This document shows positions 54,471 to 59,646 of a DNA stretch of 59,646 nucleotides, one piece after another; the first letter of the stretch is position 1, and every line of letters starts with the position of its first letter. Source of the stretch: an uncultured Gemmatimonadaceae bacterium (lineage in GTDB: Bacteria; Gemmatimonadota; Gemmatimonadetes; Gemmatimonadales; GWC2-71-9). The position numbers were made by a program, and so were the translations under genes. The stretch is taken from NCBI GenBank assembly GCA_964613905.1, contig CAZTIV010000008.1:548-60193 (forward strand). The letters run 5' to 3'. The notes beneath the pieces are model-generated. The model was not told the origin of the DNA and searched no databases. It saw only the letters and a program-made list of their open reading frames with translations.

Positions 54471-55553
54471 CTACGCGTCACCGGCTGACACCTCCACGCG
54501 ACCGGCCGGCCCATCGACGATCTCGCCGATCACAGCGGCCGCCGGCGTGTTCTCCCGCTTCAGGGCCGATACCAGCTCGTCCACGCGCTCGGCCGCAATG
54601 CTGATCAACAAGCCCCCGGAGGTCTGCGCGTCGCACAACATGATGCGATCGGTTTCGGACACGCCTTCTCCCCAGATGGCAAACTGCCCCGCGGCCTCCA
54701 CGTTACGGGTGGTCCCGCCGGGTACTGCGCCCTGAGCGGCAAGATCACGTGCGCGCGCAAGGAGCGGCACGTGCCCCACGTGTACATCGGCCGCAACGCC
54801 GCTCGCCTCCAGCATCCCGTGCAGGTGCCCGAGCAGCCCGAACCCGGTGACGTCGGTGCAGGCGTGCACCGCATCGCCAACCGATCGCATGGCAGCCATC
54901 GCTCCCGAGTTAAGTGTCGTCATGCTGGTCACCGCCTCACTCATCTCCTTCTCACCAATCAAATCCCGTTTGAGGGCGGTGGCGAGTATGCCGGTACCGA
55001 TGGGTTTGGTGAGCACCAGCTGATCTCCGGTGCGGGCGCCGGCGTTGGTGATTACCTTATCCGCGCGCATCTGCCCCAGCGCCACCATGCCGTACTTGGG
55101 CTCGGCGTCGTCAATCGAGTGGCCGCCCAGCACCAGAGCGCCGGCTTCCCGCGCGACGTCGGCGCCTCCTCTGAGCGTCTCGCCCAGGAGAGCCAGCATT
55201 TCCGGCGCACGGGGCCACGCTACCAGATTGAGGGCCAGCAGCGGCTCGGCCCCCATCGCGTACAGGTCGCTGAACGCGTTGGCGGCGGCGATGCGGCCAA
55301 AATCGTAGGCGTCGTCCACGATGGGCGTGAAGAAGTCCACCGTCGCGACGAGCGCCATGTGGTCCGAGATGCGGACCACAGCGGCATCGTCGCGGGTCGT
55401 GGCGTCCACCAGGACACGCGCGTCATTCACGGCGGGGACGTGGCGCAGGACCTGCGCCAGCTCGTCAGGGCCGAGCTTGCAGGCTCAACCCGCGCCGTGC
55501 GACAGCGACGTCAGCCGGATGCGCGGTTTCTGATCGCGCGGGGCGTTGGTCAT
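54471..55553 (-). CDS. selD: Selenide, water dikinase (selenophosphate synthetase), selenocysteine-containing (UGA codon 23)
   Basis: Two track ORFs join in frame across TGA 55485-55487: RLTSLSHGAG-U-ACKLGP...DDAAV...TVDFFTPIVDD...AAANAFSD.YAMG...GGHS...LTKPIGTG...TDVTGFGLLGH...DAQTSGGLL. Confidence 0.95.
55437..55466 (-). promoter_or_regulatory. Bacterial SECIS-like hairpin
   Basis: 18 nt 3' of the UGA: GACG-AGC-TGGCGCAG-GTC-CTGCGCCA-CGTC, with a G in the apical loop. Confidence 0.8.
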
Positions 55554-55574
55554 CTTCCCCCCGTTTGAGGTGCC

Positions 55575-56285
55575 ATGCCCGAGCTCTGGATAGCCTACGC
55601 GACCGCCTTTGCGCTGGGGGCCGCTCACGCCCTCGAAGTGGACCACATGGTGGCGGTCACCACCTTCGTCGGCGGACAACCTCAAGTTAAACCGGCAATC
55701 GCGTTTGGTGTGCGATGGGGCCTGGGACACTCGGTTGTAGTGCTGGTCGCCGGCGGTCTGCTCGCCCTGAGCGGGCTCACGGTGCCGGAGGCGGCCGAAG
55801 GCTGGGCCGAGCTGGCGGTGGGAATCGTGTTGATCGCGCTCGGCCTCTGGGCAATCAGGAACGCGCGACGACTGCACTTCCACGACCCGGCTTCGCACGG
55901 CGGGCACGCCCATCTCCACGCCCATGCTCCCGGTGACCATCCGCATGAACATCATCACGTTCAGGCCGACCCCGGGCGCCGACACCGCCATTTGCCCACC
56001 ATGATCGGGGCCGTACACGGTCTGGCAGGCACCGCGCCCGTGGTTGCCCTCATCCCGGTGACGCTCATAGGAGGGCTTGGAGCGGCCCTCGTGTATCTCG
56101 CGATGTTCGGGCTGGGCACGGTGCTGGCCATGGGGCTCTACGCCGCCGTGGCGGCCGTGGCGGTGCAGCGGGCGGCGAAGTCGGTCAAGGCGGCGCGCAT
56201 GGCGGCGTTGCTCACGGCAGGCGCGAGCGTGGTGGTTGGCGTGATCTGGATCGTGATGGCAGCAGGGGAACTGGCTTCGGGCTAG
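55575..56285 (+). CDS. Ni/Co transporter-like membrane protein (UreH/HoxN/RcnA superfamily)
   Basis: HALEVDH (Hx4DH), WGLGHS, His-rich loop HGGHAHLHAH...HPHEHHH, GAVHGLAG. Confidence 0.85.
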   Translation: MPELWIAYATAFALGAAHALEVDHMVAVTTFVGGQPQVKPAIAFGVRWGLGHSVVVLVAGGLLALSGLTVPEAAEGWAELAVGIVLIALGLWAIRNARRLHFHDPASHGGHAHLHAHAPGDHPHEHHHVQADPGRRHRHLPTMIGAVHGLAGTAPVVALIPVTLIGGLGAALVYLAMFGLGTVLAMGLYAAVAAVAVQRAAKSVKAARMAALLTAGASVVVGVIWIVMAAGELASG

Positions 56286-57556
56286 TCCGCTCGGCGCGGC
56301 CGGTACTCCTGTCCGCGGGCAACGATCAACTCAATCCGCCGCGTGTTCCGGATGTCGCGCAGCGGGTCTGCCGTGAGTACCACAAAGTCCGCCGCCGCGC
56401 CCTCCCGCAGCACACCGATCGAATCCGCTCTCAGGAGCTGTGCGGCATCGCGCGTGGCCGCAATCAACGCCTCGCGGGGTGTGAGACCGGCGGCCACCAG
56501 GAGTTCCAGTTCCCGGTGCAGCGACTCGCCGGGAGCTCTGAACGGTCCCGGGCTGTCGCTGCCCGCCGCAACGCGCCCCCCGTTCGCCCGGAAACGGCGG
56601 ACGAAGAGATCCTGCGCCGCGCGGCCGTTGCGAAAGGCCTGTACTTCGGCCGCACTGATGCCGGCGGAGCGCAGTACCTGTGACGCATCTTCAGTGGTGC
56701 CGCCGCGCGCCGCGAGATATGCCGAGTCCGTGAGATGGGCATAGGTCTCATGGAGCAGAAGCGTCGGCACCAGGGTCACGCGAGCTTCGACCAGGCTCCG
56801 GGCCGTACGGTCGAGTGCAGCCGAATCGAGAGCACTCCACGTGCGACCGACCATGCGCCAGCCCGCGTAGTAGTCGTCGTGCGCCTGTATGAGGGGGGCG
56901 GGATTGTGGACCGACGCCTCGACCACCCCGGTGAGCCGCTCGATCGATGTAATTCCCGCCCGAGCGGCGGTCACGGCGTCCACCCTGCCCAGGTGCGCAG
57001 CAACCGGGGCTTCGAGCGCGGTGGCCTCGTCGAGCATCGGCGTGAGCAGTCGACGGTCAACCTTGGGGCCGATGGCCAGCTGGCTCGCCGATATCAGCAC
57101 CGCGTTCGCAACCGCCCGCCGTGCATCGGTTGGCGTACGGACTACTCGCGCGTAAGGCCAGCTCGGGGGTGCGCCGTCCGCGGGAGCGCCGGATATGTAC
57201 ATGCGCGGCCCGTCCACCGTGCCGGCATCCACGTCGGTGCGCAGAAAGATCACGCTGTCCTGGATGCCACCCAGGTCTCGGACACTCGTGACCCCGTGGC
57301 CGAGATAGGCTGGGAGCTCTGCGCGACCGACGTGTACGTGAGCGTCGATCAACCCCGGGATCACCCATCGGCCGGCAAGGTCAATCACCTGAGCTCCCCT
57401 TGGCACCGGCACATCGTCAGAGGGACCGAAACGCTCGATCCGATCTCCCCAGACAATGATGGTGGCATCAGCCAGGGGTACTGTTCCCGTGCCGTCGAAC
57501 ACGGTGGCGCCCACATAGGCGGTCCGTCCCTCTCCCGCACGACCGCACGCGGTCAC
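56282..57556 (-). CDS. Amidohydrolase-family protein, probable lipoprotein
   Basis: IPGLIDAHVH, GVTSVRDLGG, AAGSD, ATRDAAQLL, ADFVVL.ADPL.DI. True start probably upstream (in-frame WILLLAVTAC lipobox). Confidence 0.85.
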   Translation of the reverse strand: MTACGRAGEGRTAYVGATVFDGTGTVPLADATIIVWGDRIERFGPSDDVPVPRGAQVIDLAGRWVIPGLIDAHVHVGRAELPAYLGHGVTSVRDLGGIQDSVIFLRTDVDAGTVDGPRMYISGAPADGAPPSWPYARVVRTPTDARRAVANAVLISASQLAIGPKVDRRLLTPMLDEATALEAPVAAHLGRVDAVTAARAGITSIERLTGVVEASVHNPAPLIQAHDDYYAGWRMVGRTWSALDSAALDRTARSLVEARVTLVPTLLLHETYAHLTDSAYLAARGGTTEDASQVLRSAGISAAEVQAFRNGRAAQDLFVRRFRANGGRVAAGSDSPGPFRAPGESLHRELELLVAAGLTPREALIAATRDAAQLLRADSIGVLREGAAADFVVLTADPLRDIRNTRRIELIVARGQEYRPRRAD

Positions 57557-57598
57557 TGCGAGCAGGAGGATCCAGCTCGTGATTCTGAAGGCGAGCTG

Positions 57599-57627
57599 GG
57601 GAACCGCTCCCGGCCGGAGCGGTTCCC
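57599..57627. terminator. 12-bp GC hairpin downstream of the histone-like gene
   Basis: GGGAACCGCTCC-cggcc-GGAGCGGTTCCC. No clear U-tract on the minus strand. Confidence 0.5.
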
Positions 57628-57651
57628 TTCTGATGACCCGCAGCAGGGTGC

Positions 57652-58044
57652 TCAGCGCTTCTTCTTTCTGGCCGCCTTCTTCGCCTTCTTCCTGGAAGTC
57701 CGAGCGGGTTTCCTGCGCGCGGCCTTCCTGGCTGGTCTCTTCTTCTTCGCAGATTTTCTGACCGCCTTCTTCCTGGCCGGTTTCTTCTTCTTTGCCACCT
57801 TCTTCTTTGCGGTCTTCTTTGCTGCCTTCTTCCTGACCGCCTTCTTCTTCACGGTCTTCTTCTTCCTGGCCGGCGCGGCGGCTGATCTGGCGGGGGCCGC
57901 AGGCTGAGAGGCGGCCGGAGCAGCCGGCGTTTCAGACCAGATGGCAGGCTCCTCCGGTTGCGGTGGGCGAACCGGGGGCGGTACCGGCATCGGATCCCAC
58001 ATACCTGGGCCTCCGATTCCGGTGTAGTCGAGTTCGGTGTACAT
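57652..58044 (-). CDS. Lys/Ala-rich histone-H1-like basic protein with acidic/Pro-rich N-terminus
   Basis: ATG 58044 after GGAGG. MYTELDY...PVPPPVRPPQPEEP, then about 65 aa of KKAVRKKAAKK-type repeats. Confidence 0.8.
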   Translation of the reverse strand: MYTELDYTGIGGPGMWDPMPVPPPVRPPQPEEPAIWSETPAAPAASQPAAPARSAAAPARKKKTVKKKAVRKKAAKKTAKKKVAKKKKPARKKAVRKSAKKKRPARKAARRKPARTSRKKAKKAARKKKR

Positions 58045-58136
58045 GTCGGTGTCCCTCCAAACGTGGGCAATACAGCGGTAGAAAATAAATCGCGCCTCTG
58101 ACGGCCGTACGCAAGGGCAACGGGCGGGATTTCGGC

Positions 58137-58166
58137 TTGACACCGTTGTGTGACGAGGGCTAGGTT
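58137..58166 (+). promoter_or_regulatory. Sigma70-type promoter candidate
   Basis: TTGACA-N18-TAGGTT upstream of ATG 58228. Confidence 0.5.
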
Positions 58167-58227
58167 GACGTTCGTATCTACTGGTTATTTCACGAGTTAG
58201 GCCCATAACATCCGGGAAGGCGCACGC

Positions 58228-59646
58228 ATGCGAATTGCATCGCGAGCGGCAGTTATTGTAACGACAGCGTTGGTTGCGTTCACGCTGAGGCCGGCCGCCG
58301 CCCAGGTGGCCGAGATAGTCATTACGCCTCCTACTGTTACCATCCCCTTGAACCAGCGTCAGAGCGTCCTGGCAACCGCGTATGACGGGAGCGGCCAGCC
58401 AATGGTGACCGCCCGGATACAGTGGAGGAGCAGCGACCCCAACGTGGTAAGCGTGGAGTTTGACCCGGCGCAGTCGGGGGTTGCCACCCTGGTGGGGGTG
58501 CAACCCGGCGTTGCGCAGGTAGAGGCACGGGTTGGAAACAGGCTCGGTACCGCGGCGGTGCAGGTGGTGGGCGACGGAGCTCCTGTGGTTGCGCCGGCCG
58601 CGCCAGGTGCGGGTGCTGCCACGGTGCTCAAGCTCGAGCCGCCAAACGTCCTTCTGCTTCCCGGAGAGTCGGGTCAGATCACACCGCAGTTCCTTACGGA
58701 CGACGGCAGTCCGGCCTCGCCGGTGCGGCTCACATGGAGGTCCCACCAGCCCAATGTTGTGGGGGTTACCGATGATGGTCGGGTGCTGGCGGTGGGCCAG
58801 GGTCAGGGGTTCGTCGAGGCCGCGGGCCCGGATGGCCTGCTCCAGATGGTGCCGGTACAGGTAACCGCCGCCGACCTCGCGTTCACCGAACCGCAGATCG
58901 TGGTTTCCCAGGGGATGGAAAAGTCCCTGCAGGTGGTGGTTCCCTCTCAGCAGAACCGTCCTTTGCCGTCCGCCCGATTGAGCTGGCGGTCCAGTAACGA
59001 CCGGGTAGTGACGGTGAGTCCTCTGGGAGTGGCGAGGGGGATGGGCGCCGGTCGGGCACAAGTTACTGCCACAGGGTTTTTGCAGGAAACGTCGGTAACG
59101 ATCATCGTGCATCGTCCGGTGGCCGAACTCTCGGTCGCGCCGGGTCCCTCAGCCGGCCCGGTAGATGTGGTTCTGGGGGGGTCTCGGGAGATCGTGGTGC
59201 AGGCGCTCGCTTCGGACGGAACCCCTGTCCAGGAAGCTCCGTTCAGGTGGTCGGTGACCGACACGAACATCGCCGCATTCGACTCCGAGACCCGAACGAT
59301 GGTGGGGCGCAGGATGGGGACAACGGAGCTTTCCCTTACCGGTCCCGGGCCCGACGTAATCTCGATCAGCTGGCAGGTAAACGTGATTGCCGGGTCGCTC
59401 CGGCTGAACCGGTCGCGTCTAGGGCTCAGTGTGGGCGACACGGTGACGTTGTCCGGTTCGTATTACGACCAGGCGGCCCGGTACGTGGGCGATGCAACGC
59501 AATTACGCTGGCGGTCGTCCAACCCGGCGGTCGCTACGGTGAGCGCAGCGGGGGTGGTGAGGGGCGCCGACGCAGGGCGCGCACGGATAATCGCTACCAC
59601 TCCCTGGGGTAACGTGGCGGACACGTTCGACCTGTTTGTGCAGGGG
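58228..59646 (+). CDS. Secreted bacterial Ig-like (Big_2) repeat protein, 3' end outside window
   Basis: Not in the ORF track. MRIASRAAVIVTTALVAFTLRPAAA-QVAEIVITP..., with repeated W-R-S-S-D/N-P-x-V-x-T-V motifs (WRSSDPNVVSV, WRSSNDRVVTV, WRSSNPAVATV). Confidence 0.85.
   Translation, partial: MRIASRAAVIVTTALVAFTLRPAAAQVAEIVITPPTVTIPLNQRQSVLATAYDGSGQPMVTARIQWRSSDPNVVSVEFDPAQSGVATLVGVQPGVAQVEARVGNRLGTAAVQVVGDGAPVVAPAAPGAGAATVLKLEPPNVLLLPGESGQITPQFLTDDGSPASPVRLTWRSHQPNVVGVTDDGRVLAVGQGQGFVEAAGPDGLLQMVPVQVTAADLAFTEPQIVVSQGMEKSLQVVVPSQQNRPLPSARLSWRSSNDRVVTVSPLGVARGMGAGRAQVTATGFLQETSVTIIVHRPVAELSVAPGPSAGPVDVVLGGSREIVVQALASDGTPVQEAPFRWSVTDTNIAAFDSETRTMVGRRMGTTELSLTGPGPDVISISWQVNVIAGSLRLNRSRLGLSVGDTVTLSGSYYDQAARYVGDATQLRWRSSNPAVATVSAAGVVRGADAGRARIIATTPWGNVADTFDLFVQG

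Noticed and set aside
54471-55553. selD as a pseudogene
   Set aside because: The only interruption is a UGA at the known Cys/Sec position followed by a SECIS-like hairpin.
57660-57870. CTTCTT-rich tract as a microsatellite or CRISPR-like array
   Set aside because: It is the antisense of AAG lysine codons in the histone-like gene, with no constant repeat-spacer structure.
58045-59112. N-terminal 355 aa of ORF 57652..59112
   Set aside because: Mostly antisense to the Big_2 gene. The RBS supports a start at 58044.

Overview
GC-rich (roughly two-thirds G+C by eye), densely coding bacterial chromosome segment. Gene content suggests Gemmatimonadota, but that is an inference. I found no rRNA, tRNA, CRISPR array or transposase. 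The left third (1-20.5 kb) is a stress, redox and metal island. It holds an OprO/P-like porin, a monoheme cytochrome c, malic enzyme, a CtpF-like P-type ATPase, a Met-rich Spy/CpxP protein, a Cyc2-like cytochrome-porin, an OmpR-type regulator between a membrane kinase and a DosS-type heme-GAF kinase, ArsR, tandem USP, CBS, Hsp20, a P1B-5 ATPase, a candidate arrest-peptide-controlled metal operon, an M50-CBS protease and NDH-2. Three of its promoters share 11-bp-periodic boxes. The middle carries an EF-G paralog, a self-contained ATP-grasp/ATP-grasp/GNAT/lysine-2,3-aminomutase operon, folA-thyA, a serpin lipoprotein, and a Liv-type ABC transporter with an embedded acyl-CoA ligase. The right part carries a Ser/Thr kinase, squalene/phytoene synthase, hbd, thiolase, an RND pump, mtgA, and an operon led by a selenocysteine-containing SelD (in-frame UGA plus SECIS-like hairpin) with an atypical RNase H. 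It ends with a Ni/Co transporter, an amidohydrolase, a histone-H1-like protein and a Big_2 repeat protein. Several long intergenic inverted repeats are built from 7-bp units. All calls come from motif recognition, not database searches.
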